A stretch of DNA of 64,000 nucleotides, from positions 74,096 to 138,095 of the IMG/VR virus record IMGVR_UViG_3300017917_002560; one strand, given 5' to 3'. Position 1 is the stretch's first letter. Each line of letters starts with the position of its first letter. Below are positions 30,688-40,382 of this stretch, in pieces. The position numbers were made by a program, and so were the translations under genes. Source of the DNA: a virus. Its lineage: Duplodnaviria > Heunggongvirae > Uroviricota > Caudoviricetes. The notes under the pieces were generated by a model. That model was not told the origin of the DNA, searched no databases, and saw only the letters and a list, made by a program, of their open reading frames with translations.

Positions 30688-31560
30688 TTCTTTAACACGG
30701 TCAATTACACGGGCAACTGCCTTGGCTGACTCAAGTCCGGTTGCCGGTTGTTGTCTGGTTCGAACACAGTTGACCCAGTGTTGTAGTTCAGTTTCCAATG
30801 GCGTCAGTGAGTGAGTATATGTAATCACACGTGGGTTGGTGTCTGCTACAGCACGTCGATCTTGAATCTTGTTCCAGGTCACAGTCACAGTGTTTGCATC
30901 CTGGTCCCAGATAATTTGCCCGTCGGTGCCCATGATAATTGTCTGTCTAGTGCGTACAGGCCAGTGCCAGCTTACATCAATATCAAATGTTACTTCAGTA
31001 TTGCAAGCACCTGAAAACCAAACACGATCTGGTTGTGCATTGTTACTGTAATTCCAACCCTGTGCTTGTTGGATCAAAGGTTGATCGCCAACAATGGCCA
31101 GCACAATGCTGATGTCATGTGTAGCCAAGCTCAGCAAAGGATCTGTCTTGGTTTGATAAATCCCCCAGTTGAGTCTACGACTAGATATGTGTGTTAATTT
31201 ACCAATAGCACCGCTGTCAAGTATGGCTTTGATTTCGGCCAGTTGTGGGTGATGCACAAACAAGTGTCCCACCATAAGCAACTGCCCGGGCATGACGTAG
31301 CTACCAATGCCCAATACTTGATTGAATGTTTCAGCCATGGGCTTTTCAACATATACATCATGCCCACGACGCAACAGTTCACAAGTTTGCTCGTGATGTT
31401 GCCACAGTGGGGTTGCTAGCATCACGGGATCCATAGTATCGATATCTGCAATACTTTGTCCGTTGCGGATGTCAATGACTTGAGCAGTGACATCAAACTT
31501 TTTCAAACTGTCCAACAGTTTGCTACCCCAATAACCGGCACCAACTAGCCACATATTCAT
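30679..31560 (-). CDS. Gfo/Idh/MocA-family NAD(P)-dependent oxidoreductase
   Basis: N-terminal Rossmann MNMWLVGAGYWGSKLL; length and EKP motif (VYVEKPMA) typical. Confidence 0.6.
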   Translation of the reverse strand: MNMWLVGAGYWGSKLLDSLKKFDVTAQVIDIRNGQSIADIDTMDPVMLATPLWQHHEQTCELLRRGHDVYVEKPMAETFNQVLGIGSYVMPGQLLMVGHLFVHHPQLAEIKAILDSGAIGKLTHISSRRLNWGIYQTKTDPLLSLATHDISIVLAIVGDQPLIQQAQGWNYSNNAQPDRVWFSGACNTEVTFDIDVSWHWPVRTRQTIIMGTDGQIIWDQDANTVTVTWNKIQDRRAVADTNPRVITYTHSLTPLETELQHWVNCVRTRQQPATGLESAKAVARVIDRVKELL

Positions 31561-32648
31561 GCAAAGAACTCCTGTACAGATTTGATCACGTGTTCAACTT
31601 GCGCTGGTGTCATGCTGTACCAACAAGGTAAGCTTAGAATTTCATTGACAGTGCGCTCAGCAATGGGGCAAGGTGTGTACCAAGAACGATACGCAGGCTG
31701 AGTATGTGTGGTTGTTGCATAATGCACATTGGTACCAATACCGCAACTTTCTAAATGCTGTTTAAGAGCATCACGTTTGGGAGTCTGTATCACATACACA
31801 TAGTATCCGTGTCCAACACCAGGCTCGTGTTTTATGGTCTTGACCACACCACTCAAGGCTTGATCATACTGTTGACAAATTTGTGTCTTGCGTTCAATCC
31901 ATTCAGTTAGTCGCGGCAATTTGGCCAATACAATATTGGCCTGCATGTTGTCAATTCTGGCATTGTAACCTAGTTCATTAAATTCATATCTTGATGTACG
32001 TCCGTGATCTCTAAACACACGCACACGATCCATGTTGACTTGACTACCGGTAACACACCCGGCGTCACCCATGGCACCTAGATTTTTTACAGGGTTGAAA
32101 CTAAAGCAAGTATAATCAGCTTGGTGTCCTATACGTTGTCCTTGCCATGTTGTGCCTAAACTATGTGCCGCATCTTCAATCATTATTAGGTGATAGCGAT
32201 CACATATTTCTCTCAATCTTGATAAATCAGGGCATTGGCCATAAATGTCCACAAACAATACTGCTCGTGTCTTTATAGTGATCTTGGCCACAAGCTTTTC
32301 CAAATCAATTAAATGTGTGTCAGGGTTAATGTCCACAAACACTGGTGTGGCACCTACTATGGCAATGGCTTCAGTTGTGGCAACAAACGTATGCGGAGTA
32401 GTCAATACTTCGTCACCGTGTCCAATGCCTGCGGCTTTGAGGGAACAGATCAGTGCTGTGGTACCTGAACCAGTGCTGGCGCAGTCTTCAGCGCCAACAT
32501 ACTGAGCCATTTCTTTTTCAAATCGTGTGACGTCTAAGCCAGTGATAAAACTGCTGGATGCAATAGTGTCAGCAATAGCTTGATCAATCTCAGTTCGGCA
32601 ATCTACGTATTGTTGGTAGAGATTGGTAAAAGGAATATCAATTTTCAT
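31557..32648 (-). CDS. DegT/DnrJ/EryC1/StrS-family PLP-dependent sugar aminotransferase
   Basis: DAAHSLG...SFNPVKNLGAMGDAG lysine/PLP motif. Confidence 0.75.
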   Translation of the reverse strand: MKIDIPFTNLYQQYVDCRTEIDQAIADTIASSSFITGLDVTRFEKEMAQYVGAEDCASTGSGTTALICSLKAAGIGHGDEVLTTPHTFVATTEAIAIVGATPVFVDINPDTHLIDLEKLVAKITIKTRAVLFVDIYGQCPDLSRLREICDRYHLIMIEDAAHSLGTTWQGQRIGHQADYTCFSFNPVKNLGAMGDAGCVTGSQVNMDRVRVFRDHGRTSRYEFNELGYNARIDNMQANIVLAKLPRLTEWIERKTQICQQYDQALSGVVKTIKHEPGVGHGYYVYVIQTPKRDALKQHLESCGIGTNVHYATTTHTQPAYRSWYTPCPIAERTVNEILSLPCWYSMTPAQVEHVIKSVQEFFA

Positions 32649-33612
32649 TTATTTTATTTTGCCAATAGGTACTGTTACTGAGCCACTTGAAATATTCGCG
32701 GAATCCTTCTTCTACGTCAACTTGAGGATTGTATCCAAAGTCTCGTTGTGCGGCTTCAATATTAAGAGCTCCGCGGCTGGGGAAGTCTGCATCTTTGCCA
32801 CGTATTTCTACAGAGCCTTTGCCAACAATGTTAACGATCATATTGGCAGCCTCAAGCAAGCTCACTGAGTGGCTTTTGGTAATGTTGTATGTGTTATTTA
32901 CAGCAGTGTCACTGAGTGCAGCCGCAACAATGCCATTGGCTGCATCGTCAACATAGGTAAAGTCCAAGGTTTCGCTGGCACCGTTGACTTTTAGCGTACC
33001 CCCACGCATGGCACTGAGCATAAATTTAGCAACCACTCGGTCTTCCACGTCCAAGGGCCCGTAAACAGCACTGGGCCTAATAATAGTATAATCAAAACAC
33101 TCACGACGAGCATAGTCTTTAACAATATCTTCTCCTGATAATTTCATAATTCCATATTGCCCCTGTGGGCGACATACTGCATCTTCTCGCACTTGGTCAT
33201 CAAAGTCACCGTACACCATTGAGCTAGAAATATAAACAAACCGTTTGACTCTGGCGTTTTTGGCACTCTCGCAAAGATTAATCAAGCCTTCCATCATAAC
33301 CCTAGCACCATGGCCAGGGTTAGCATTGACAACTTTTTGTCTAGGAAAGCTGGCCATGTGTATAATGACGTCAGGTTCTTGACTGCGAATCAACCAATCA
33401 ATATCTTCTTGTTCAGTAATGTCAATTCTGTAAATTCTATCTGTAGCAATCTTCTTACGACGCTCATGCATCAAGTAATCTAACTCGTCTTGTGGAATAA
33501 TACCGTAGGTGGTTTGCGAGTCAGTGATAACAACTTCGTGGCCCAAGGTTTCTAATCTATCAACAACATTGTGTCCAATGAGTCCTAGGCCGCCTGTAAC
33601 TAAAATTTTCAT
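32638..33612 (-). CDS. NAD-dependent sugar epimerase/dehydratase (SDR family)
   Basis: VTGGLGLIGHNV Rossmann motif, YGIMK catalytic YxxxK. Confidence 0.75.
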   Translation of the reverse strand: MKILVTGGLGLIGHNVVDRLETLGHEVVITDSQTTYGIIPQDELDYLMHERRKKIATDRIYRIDITEQEDIDWLIRSQEPDVIIHMASFPRQKVVNANPGHGARVMMEGLINLCESAKNARVKRFVYISSSMVYGDFDDQVREDAVCRPQGQYGIMKLSGEDIVKDYARRECFDYTIIRPSAVYGPLDVEDRVVAKFMLSAMRGGTLKVNGASETLDFTYVDDAANGIVAAALSDTAVNNTYNITKSHSVSLLEAANMIVNIVGKGSVEIRGKDADFPSRGALNIEAAQRDFGYNPQVDVEEGFREYFKWLSNSTYWQNKINEN

Positions 33613-33885
33613 TTATTTCCCCCACTTCATTTGGAACCATGCAAATGTTTGTTCATCCATGATCCAGAAATTACCAGTGACGCTGTAGTCCCATCTTGGC
33701 CCTCTAGGCCCAAACGTTTCAAACAACCATGTTTTTTGTGCGTCATTTAGTGAACCATTTCGTTTGTACAACGTTACTGGTACAAACTTCTCTCCGTCCC
33801 ATATTTGTTTCTTTACAGGAGGTGGCGGTATTACTTCTGCGTCAACGTATTCTATTTGTTGAGTCCACCCCATTTGAGCCTCCAA
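33613..33885 (-). CDS. Small protein of WFxLKW C-terminal-motif family
   Basis: C-terminus FAWFQMKWGK; paralogues at 33852, 41105-42363. Confidence 0.45.
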   Translation of the reverse strand: MEAQMGWTQQIEYVDAEVIPPPPVKKQIWDGEKFVPVTLYKRNGSLNDAQKTWLFETFGPRGPRWDYSVTGNFWIMDEQTFAWFQMKWGK

Positions 33886-34199
33886 AAAGTTTCGTTTTGC
33901 TCGGACATTCGAGCCATGACTCTGTATATGTGTGCGTATGCGGAAATATCCATATGCCGTATCCAGTACGGAGTTTCTTCTGCATTACTCATAATCCACC
34001 GTCCGGCTTCACTGGTTTGCCATTGTAACAAATGCTCGGCCACCATGATGTCTGGATCTTCAACATCACTCATGCGTATGGTATGCACACATACATCGCG
34101 AAACCGCACTGGGCAACCGTTAATTAATTTAACTTCTTCAGTCTTCCAGTGCGAGAGCTTCGCAGTTTCGTAATCGTGTGCCATACTATAGTATAGCAA
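33852..34199 (-). CDS. Small protein of WFxLKW family (ends FWRLKWGGLNK)
   Basis: ORF; start possibly 34186 because promoter-like element overlaps 34190-34218. Confidence 0.4.
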   Translation of the reverse strand: MLYYSMAHDYETAKLSHWKTEEVKLINGCPVRFRDVCVHTIRMSDVEDPDIMVAEHLLQWQTSEAGRWIMSNAEETPYWIRHMDISAYAHIYRVMARMSEQNETFWRLKWGGLNK

Positions 34200-34218
34200 A
34201 TTGATTAATCTTTTGCAA
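34190..34218 (-). promoter_or_regulatory. Possible sigma70-like promoter (TTGCAA-17-TATACT)
   Basis: Read on minus strand; weaker match than other early promoters; overlaps thyX stop. Confidence 0.3.
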
Positions 34219-34897
34219 CTAAATCGGTGGCCATGGGGAAAATGTTGGCAATGACTTCGGCACAGGCACGTGCAATTTCCATGTGCTCTTTTTGTGTACC
34301 GTTGCCGCTACGCAGTTCGATAAAGTGTACCCAGCTACGCAGTGTGCCATTCATGTACATGCGACTCACTGTAAGACCTTCGGGCAACACAGCACGGGCT
34401 TGTTCTTTGGCAATACCGTTTTTGATGGCCCAGGAATATTCTTGTTTGACTGAGAACAACACACGCTTTTGAGCACGTTCCCACTCAATTGCCAATAGTC
34501 GTTGTTCTTCGTTGCTGTGATCAAGCTCTACACTGTTCTGTCGATTCTTTGTGTCCTGGAATCTTGCCTCACGTAACACAAACGCTTCGTCAAGTTCAGC
34601 TGTAGGATCAGCATATCGCTGGGAGAACTCTTGGAATGAGAAACTTCTGTGACGTAGAATCTGTCGTGCAATGTCACGGGTGGTTGTGATTTCGCAACAG
34701 GCAGACACCATTTCGAGTGGGCTCCAGTGCTTGTGTTTAACAAGGTATCTAATGAGCTTTTCGCTTGTTTCGGTATTGAATTGATTGGCTGGATTGGAGA
34801 CACGGGCACAATACGCAATGAGTTCTTGCGCATCTTCGATGCCCATGTCTCTAAACTCACCAGTGGGCTGGGAGTAAGAGACAAGTTTAACATTCAT
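34205..34897 (-). CDS. thyX: Flavin-dependent thymidylate synthase ThyX
   Basis: ThyX signature ILRHRSFSFQEFSQRY (RHRx7S...S.RY). Confidence 0.8.
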   Translation of the reverse strand: MNVKLVSYSQPTGEFRDMGIEDAQELIAYCARVSNPANQFNTETSEKLIRYLVKHKHWSPLEMVSACCEITTTRDIARQILRHRSFSFQEFSQRYADPTAELDEAFVLREARFQDTKNRQNSVELDHSNEEQRLLAIEWERAQKRVLFSVKQEYSWAIKNGIAKEQARAVLPEGLTVSRMYMNGTLRSWVHFIELRSGNGTQKEHMEIARACAEVIANIFPMATDLVAKD

Positions 34898-35199
34898 TTT
34901 AGGCTACTTAAAAGTTTGTCAGTTTCGGGTTGTACAATCTCGGCCACAGCAGTGACATCAACTACAAAGTCTAAGTCAATCACTGTGTCACCAAGTTCGT
35001 AAAGTGTGCGGTTTAGAACAATTTCGATCTCGTCTAAGTCTAAACCTTGGCGACGAAGTGTATGCAAATTAATGGTCTTCTGTCGACGACCACGTGTTTT
35101 GATAATAACCTTCTTGATGCACTCAAGGGGAACTTCGGTCTTGTTCACTTCGTTGATGATGTGTTCCCATTTTGCCAAGAACTCATCACTGAACTGCAT
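34894..35199 (-). CDS. Hypothetical protein (101 aa)
   Basis: ORF, ATGA overlap with thyX. Confidence 0.45.
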   Translation of the reverse strand: MQFSDEFLAKWEHIINEVNKTEVPLECIKKVIIKTRGRRQKTINLHTLRRQGLDLDEIEIVLNRTLYELGDTVIDLDFVVDVTAVAEIVQPETDKLLSSLK

Positions 35200-35914
35200 C
35201 GGCAGCCACCGCTTTCTTGCGAGTACGTGCCTTTGTGGCAGTTGGTTTGGCTGTTTCTTTTGCGTCAGACTTGTTGACTGAAGGGAACATCTTTTCAGCT
35301 TCTTTCTTCATACGTGCGGCTTCGGCAATAAGTCCCTTGGCTTCGGCTTCCATGCGTTGAGCTTGTGTCAACATGTTAGCAGCCAATGAGCGATCGTCTA
35401 GTGCGCCATCTGTAGGGGCCTGAACTGGCACTTCGCCACGTGCGCGAGCCGCGGCATCTCGTTCCAACTGTTGGCGTTTAAACTGTTGTTCGGCAGCTCG
35501 CTTTGTGGCTGGGTCAACAATGCCCTGGCTAGCATCAAGCTGTTCCATCTTTTTACGAGCTTCGTCACCGCTTTCCATTTCACGAACAATGCGATTGAGT
35601 TCGTCAAGCTTGACTGAACTTGTGGCAGTTGGGGTAACAATGACTTGGCTAGTTGGAACTTTCTTAAGCATACCTTCGCGGTGTAACGCTTCTAGAATAA
35701 CACGACCGTCGGGCAATAGGTTACGATGTAGCGCATTGGCCAAGGTGTTTTCTTGTTGGCCGCTGGGGCTTTCGATGACCTTCATAATGGTGTCGTGAAT
35801 ATGTGTTGGTAGCACTTCGGGGTAAATCACGAGACACATGTGATCCTCGCCAGGAATCTCTCTAAAAATGATAGCAACCTTGCGGTCACCATGTCTACCG
35901 ATATGTTTAAGCAT
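35186..35914 (-). CDS. Hypothetical protein with Ala/Lys-rich C-terminus
   Basis: Start assigned to MLKHIG preceded by AAGGAGAAAATA RBS; longer ORF to 36046 lacks RBS. Confidence 0.45.
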   Translation of the reverse strand: MLKHIGRHGDRKVAIIFREIPGEDHMCLVIYPEVLPTHIHDTIMKVIESPSGQQENTLANALHRNLLPDGRVILEALHREGMLKKVPTSQVIVTPTATSSVKLDELNRIVREMESGDEARKKMEQLDASQGIVDPATKRAAEQQFKRQQLERDAAARARGEVPVQAPTDGALDDRSLAANMLTQAQRMEAEAKGLIAEAARMKKEAEKMFPSVNKSDAKETAKPTATKARTRKKAVAADAVQ

Positions 35915-36110
35915 TATTTTCTCCTTGTGCTTGTTGAGTTTGATTCTGTTGCAGTTGAGCTTGAGCTTGCTCGACAAAATAAGCCAACTTGTCATACAGC
36001 AAGCCCACAGTACTAAGCTCGCCCATTTTAAATGCACCTCGTGCATGAGCGGCTTCCAGCAGAGCCTTTAAACTGGCTATGTCAGATACAGTGAGTTGTT
36101 TGTTTTCCAT
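35907..36110 (-). CDS. Hypothetical small protein
   Basis: ORF MENKQLTV...; start uncertain. Confidence 0.3.
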   Translation of the reverse strand: MENKQLTVSDIASLKALLEAAHARGAFKMGELSTVGLLYDKLAYFVEQAQAQLQQNQTQQAQGENNA

Positions 36111-36191
36111 ACTGATATTTAACGGCAAAGATCGTGTAGCACAAATAAAAACACCTCGTTTAGAGGTGTTTTGGCAAAATTGACCTGAAGT

Positions 36192-36677
36192 TTATTCAGT
36201 TTCATTATGTTCTTCTTGACCCTGAATTTGCTTTTTGAAAAATTCTAGTTGGTCAATTATGTTCTGTACGCCCTGTGCGTTCATGGTGATTTCACTGTAT
36301 CCCATTTGGAAGCTAACTCGATTGTCGCTGGTGATGCCCAATCGGTAGTAAGTCACTGCGGGTTTTTCTTTCTCAGCAAGCGGCACCGGGGCAGAATAAC
36401 CAGAACTAGGCACTTCAGGAAACGGAACAATCTTGCCGTCGTCCTTGCTTTTGTTTTTAAACCAATCAAACATTTTACGATCCCATTCAATATCTAAGTT
36501 AAGCCAACGCCCAAAGCTTGGAACTGCAAAGGGCAACAACAAACACGTTAACCAGAACAACTGCACGGATGCCGCTGGTACTTCCTTGAAGTAAAATGCA
36601 CAGGCCGCCCCAGCTGTCAAATAAACCGCAGACGTCCAGAACAACCAGTGACCACTTGTGCGTTCAAACAGTTTCAT
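36192..36677 (-). CDS. Putative membrane protein (two N-terminal hydrophobic helices)
   Basis: Hydrophobic stretches WLFWTSAVYLTAGAACAFYF and LFWLTCLLLPFAVPSF. Confidence 0.45.
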   Translation of the reverse strand: MKLFERTSGHWLFWTSAVYLTAGAACAFYFKEVPAASVQLFWLTCLLLPFAVPSFGRWLNLDIEWDRKMFDWFKNKSKDDGKIVPFPEVPSSGYSAPVPLAEKEKPAVTYYRLGITSDNRVSFQMGYSEITMNAQGVQNIIDQLEFFKKQIQGQEEHNETE

Positions 36678-36828
36678 GAGTAGTGTTTACCAAACAAGCA
36701 ATACACTGCAAACCATTTGCTGGGCGGGTTCTCAAGGAAGTAAGGATTAACACGGAATGTTATTTCCCAGTCCCTTGAGAACTGAAAGTGGCGCACCCCA
36801 AATCTGATGTTGAACCAAAGATTGCTCA

Positions 36829-37626
36829 TTACTTAGGCAACATCAAGCTAGTCATGTTGCTGGGAACAACGATAGTCTGCACCTTGCCGTTCTTGATACC
36901 TTCGGAGATGTTAAGTGCGGCCTGTGCGTTCATAAACGCAATTGAGCTAGAACTGTTGTTGGCAAGAGCAGCCATTCTGCGAGCTTCTGCTTCAGCAGTT
37001 TTAACTTCAATTTCTTTTTGCTTGAGTTCGTTCTTGCTACGAACCAAGTCATTGGCACTGGCAACAACTGAGTCTGCCGGAGTCACATTACGAATCATGA
37101 CCTGACTGATAGTGATTGAACCGTCCAGCTTTTCTTCGGCAAGGTTGCGAATCATTTCTTCCTTGATGAAGTTTTCCATGTTGTCGCGATTATCTGCCAT
37201 GTCAAGAGCTTCATATTTGCGAGCAGCCTTGTAGATAGCGTTACGAGCATTTTGAACAACATAGTTGTACATCAAATACACGTCGCCTTTGTGCTCGGCA
37301 TGGAAGCTACGGTTTTTAGAACTATACAGTTCGGCAACCTGGGCTTGGTTGATGTTGTAAACAATCACAGCATCAACGTCTTTCATGGTTGAGTTGTCCT
37401 TGGCCACAGGAGTCATGTTTTCAATCACAACGTTGACGTCCTTGTAAGGGAAAGTCAACACATCACCAATCAACACCTGATTGAAAGAGCCGGGTAGCAG
37501 TTCTCCAGGCTTGACTTGTTTGTCAAAGCCCACACGCACACCAACTTCGCCAGTCTCAATTCGAGTACATGCAGAAGTAGCGGCAACCACAGCAGCCACA
37601 ATAGCCAGTTTTGCAAAACGATTCAT
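36829..37626 (-). CDS. SPFH/band-7 (prohibitin/HflC-like) domain lipoprotein
   Basis: Lipobox-like LAIVAAVVAATSAC; SPFH-type core (ETGEVGVRVGF...); coiled-coil Ala/Glu-rich C-terminus. Confidence 0.6.
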   Translation of the reverse strand: MNRFAKLAIVAAVVAATSACTRIETGEVGVRVGFDKQVKPGELLPGSFNQVLIGDVLTFPYKDVNVVIENMTPVAKDNSTMKDVDAVIVYNINQAQVAELYSSKNRSFHAEHKGDVYLMYNYVVQNARNAIYKAARKYEALDMADNRDNMENFIKEEMIRNLAEEKLDGSITISQVMIRNVTPADSVVASANDLVRSKNELKQKEIEVKTAEAEARRMAALANNSSSSIAFMNAQAALNISEGIKNGKVQTIVVPSNMTSLMLPK

Positions 37627-37636
37627 ATATTTTCCT

Positions 37637-37825
37637 TTAAAACAAGATTACGATCAAACTCATGATTGCTGTTGCTAGCAATGCAACAATTATACTATAG
37701 CCTAGATTTTTTGTCAACGACCATCGTTCCTTACCACTGAGACTGCGCCAAGCCATGATACCAAAATGTATCAACACAGCCAACACAACAAAAATAACAA
37801 ACAGTCTAAACATGTTAACCTCCAA
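37637..37825 (-). CDS. Small membrane protein (62 aa)
   Basis: Two hydrophobic segments. Confidence 0.4.
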   Translation of the reverse strand: MEVNMFRLFVIFVVLAVLIHFGIMAWRSLSGKERWSLTKNLGYSIIVALLATAIMSLIVILF

Positions 37826-38099
37826 AATCTCGAATGATCAAGTCCAAGGCATCAATTCTGCGGATGTTGCCAGCAACGTCTTCGGGGTGTAACCAGACAC
37901 CTTCGGGGTTGTTGTCTGACCTTGGATTAACACGCCATGCGTCAAGTTCGCCCTGTAGGTAGCTTTGATAATCTTTGAGCACTGCTACGGCAATACCATC
38001 GCCTACTTCGCTGGGTATCACATAACCGCCAGACGCATGCTGGTGTTCGTTTTCAGTCTTTACCAGTTTGTTTTTAGCTTTTTGATTTTTGACTTTCAT
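37815..38099 (-). CDS. Hypothetical protein
   Basis: ORF. Confidence 0.4.
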   Translation of the reverse strand: MKVKNQKAKNKLVKTENEHQHASGGYVIPSEVGDGIAVAVLKDYQSYLQGELDAWRVNPRSDNNPEGVWLHPEDVAGNIRRIDALDLIIRDFGG

Positions 38100-38335
38100 T
38101 GCAAGTTCCTTGGTTCGTCGTCGTCACCAAGCATACGCATCAGTGCTTCGGCCATGTCTGGATCATCGTCAATCAATTGATCAATGTCCACAGGCTGACT
38201 ACGTTCTTGTAACTCACCTGATTCGGCCATGCGTCGAATCTCAGCTACAAGTTCGTCCAGCTCTTCTTGTGTGCCGTCAAAGTTGTCAAAACACCCTGGG
38301 GCAAACTCAATTTGGATTTTCTTTGGTTCAGTCAT
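38096..38335 (-). CDS. Hypothetical acidic protein
   Basis: ORF. Confidence 0.4.
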   Translation of the reverse strand: MTEPKKIQIEFAPGCFDNFDGTQEELDELVAEIRRMAESGELQERSQPVDIDQLIDDDPDMAEALMRMLGDDDEPRNLQ

Positions 38336-38651
38336 TCGAGACTTTCACGTCAGTTACGTTGTCAACTCGGAAACTACGCCACTCTTTTTTGTCCAGGCAC
38401 CAAACGCTGAGCACAGCGGGATTGGCTTTCTTTGTACGGGGGAAATCCACTGGATTGTCAGTGTTGGTGACATGCACAGGCACTGGAGGCAACATGCTTT
38501 CCTTGAGCGTACACGGCATCACTCGTGTAGAGCCATCCACCTTGGTAAATGTAACCTCGCACACGTTGGTGCGAAGCATTTCAGTCAGTTGTTCTCGATT
38601 GTAAGTTGCACTCATATAGTCACCTGCTGTGGTAAATTTCATGTCGTTCAT
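38328..38651 (-). CDS. Hypothetical protein
   Basis: ORF. Confidence 0.4.
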   Translation of the reverse strand: MNDMKFTTAGDYMSATYNREQLTEMLRTNVCEVTFTKVDGSTRVMPCTLKESMLPPVPVHVTNTDNPVDFPRTKKANPAVLSVWCLDKKEWRSFRVDNVTDVKVSND

Positions 38652-39935
38652 TTAGTTTGCTTTTTCTTCATAGTAAGCATATTGACCCCAGGGAGGAACA
38701 ATGGTAGTAGTACCATGCAAGATCCACACAGTGTCGGTGTAGTTTTCATCGCCCCAGCTACCAAACGGGTAACCGTCAGTGAAAACAACCAGTCGCTTGG
38801 GCTCAATTTCTTCCTCTTTGAGGTAGTTAAAAATAGCAGTAAAGTCAGTACCGCCACCACCCATGGGGTCGTAGTTGGTAATGTCCTCCAAGTTCTCGCT
38901 GTCAAACTGTTGCGGGTTGTACACTTCGGTATCAAACGTAAACACATGGATGCGATACGAATTGAATTGTTCCATGATGCCGGCAATTTCGCCTAGAAAA
39001 TCCTTCAGCATCTTTTCACCAATTGAGCCCGAGGTATCAATTGCTACAGCAATATCAATCATCTCATCGTTCTTCATGCCGGGCATGACAGCATCCATGT
39101 GCCAACCGCGTCGGCTTGCTCGCATCCAAGTAAAGTCACTCTTGATAGTAGACTCCAACTGCATACGAAGCAGTTCTCGCCAGTTCAGTTTGGGCTCAGT
39201 AAGTTGCTGAATGATGCGCTTGACACCAGCAGGCAAGTTACCTGCACCGTCCACAGTAGCGGCAGCCGCCAACATGGCTTCTTTGATCTCATCGCGAATT
39301 TTAGCACGATCCTCGGCGCTGAGTCGTGGACGACCTTTGCCTTCACCGTCGCCATCGCCATCGCCACTACCGTCGTCATTGCCGTCCAAGTGATCGTCGA
39401 TCAGTTTGTTCAGCAAGTCGTTGATGTTGATCTTTTCAGCGTTTTCGTACAAGATATCGTAGACTTCTTCTGCACTCATGCCTTCGTATTTGCTGTCGTA
39501 CAAGCAAGGCACTGTGGTAATCTTCTCACCCACACGATGCTTGATCAAGTCGCCGTTGACACAGTAGTCGTCAGCGATGTTCCACAGTTGCGGATCACGT
39601 TCGCCGCGACGACCAAAGTGATCATAAACACAGTGCAGAACTTCGTGACCAAACAAGAACTCAACCTCTTTGGGCTTGAGCATTTGAATGAATCGGCTGT
39701 TGTAATAGAAATGACGACCGTCTGTGGCCGCAGTGGTACACCATTCGTCGGCGTTGACAAGCTTCAAACGAGTTGCAAGGTTACCAAAGAAGCTGGCTTT
39801 GAGTAGCAGACCCACACGAGCTGTGATGAGCTTTTCGCGCATTTCGCGATCCAGCTTGGGGTCAGTAGGGCCCAAAAGGTTAGCAAACTTTTTGGCGTCG
39901 TCTTTGTTTGTGGTAGTAGTGCTGGCTGTGCTCAT
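38652..39935 (-). CDS. VWA-domain protein with N-terminal HExxH metallopeptidase-like domain (MoxR partner type)
   Basis: HEVLHCVYDHF zinc-binding-like motif; C-terminal DTSGS MIDAS-like motif (AVAIDTSGSIG); Asp/Gly-rich linker. Confidence 0.65.
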   Translation of the reverse strand: MSTASTTTTNKDDAKKFANLLGPTDPKLDREMREKLITARVGLLLKASFFGNLATRLKLVNADEWCTTAATDGRHFYYNSRFIQMLKPKEVEFLFGHEVLHCVYDHFGRRGERDPQLWNIADDYCVNGDLIKHRVGEKITTVPCLYDSKYEGMSAEEVYDILYENAEKININDLLNKLIDDHLDGNDDGSGDGDGDGEGKGRPRLSAEDRAKIRDEIKEAMLAAAATVDGAGNLPAGVKRIIQQLTEPKLNWRELLRMQLESTIKSDFTWMRASRRGWHMDAVMPGMKNDEMIDIAVAIDTSGSIGEKMLKDFLGEIAGIMEQFNSYRIHVFTFDTEVYNPQQFDSENLEDITNYDPMGGGGTDFTAIFNYLKEEEIEPKRLVVFTDGYPFGSWGDENYTDTVWILHGTTTIVPPWGQYAYYEEKAN

Positions 39936-39961
39936 GTTGTGTCCTTTGTTACTATACCATT

Positions 39962-39990
39962 ATTATAGCAAAACTCAAATAAATGGTCAA
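39962..39990 (-). promoter_or_regulatory. Early sigma70-like promoter TTGACC-17-TATAAT (extended TGn)
   Basis: Minus-strand read: cggTTGACCatttatttgagttttgcTATAATaa, 27 nt upstream of VWA gene start. Confidence 0.6.
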
Positions 39991-40127
39991 CCGTGCTTAT
40001 TTGTACTCTTCTTCGGCGGCCAGTAGGATTAGGTGGGCAAAATTTTGGCAAAAAATGTTAAACCAAAGGGTATCTAGTACATCTTCAGGGGCACCGGCTT
40101 CTACTGCAATTGCTCTTAATTCTTGGT

Positions 40128-40382
40128 TCATTCTTCAACTCCGAAATCTTTATTGATAGCCCGAATGTAATCTTCCGATGTAGGCTTCTGTCCTTTTTCT
40201 TCCATAATCACATCAGTGATTAAAATGCTTGCGATTACTTTGCGGTGCATATCCTTTTGAATCAACTCAGCAAACTTATTCATAAACTCAACTTCTCTTT
40301 GCCAAGAACCCAAGTTAGGATCTTCTCTCTGCCTGCCAATCTCTGCGGCTTGGTTCCAAATCTGGTTGATTCGTTCGGTCAT
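40128..40382 (-). CDS. Hypothetical protein ending FGVEE
   Basis: Tandem paralogue of 40379..40633. Confidence 0.4.
   Translation of the reverse strand: MTERINQIWNQAAEIGRQREDPNLGSWQREVEFMNKFAELIQKDMHRKVIASILITDVIMEEKGQKPTSEDYIRAINKDFGVEE

Noticed and set aside
35186-36046. Long 286-aa ORF starting MHEVHLKW
   Set aside because: The N-terminal 44 codons lack an RBS and overlap the upstream gene. A strong AAGGAGAAAATA-ATG at 35914 gives a shorter, more plausible protein.
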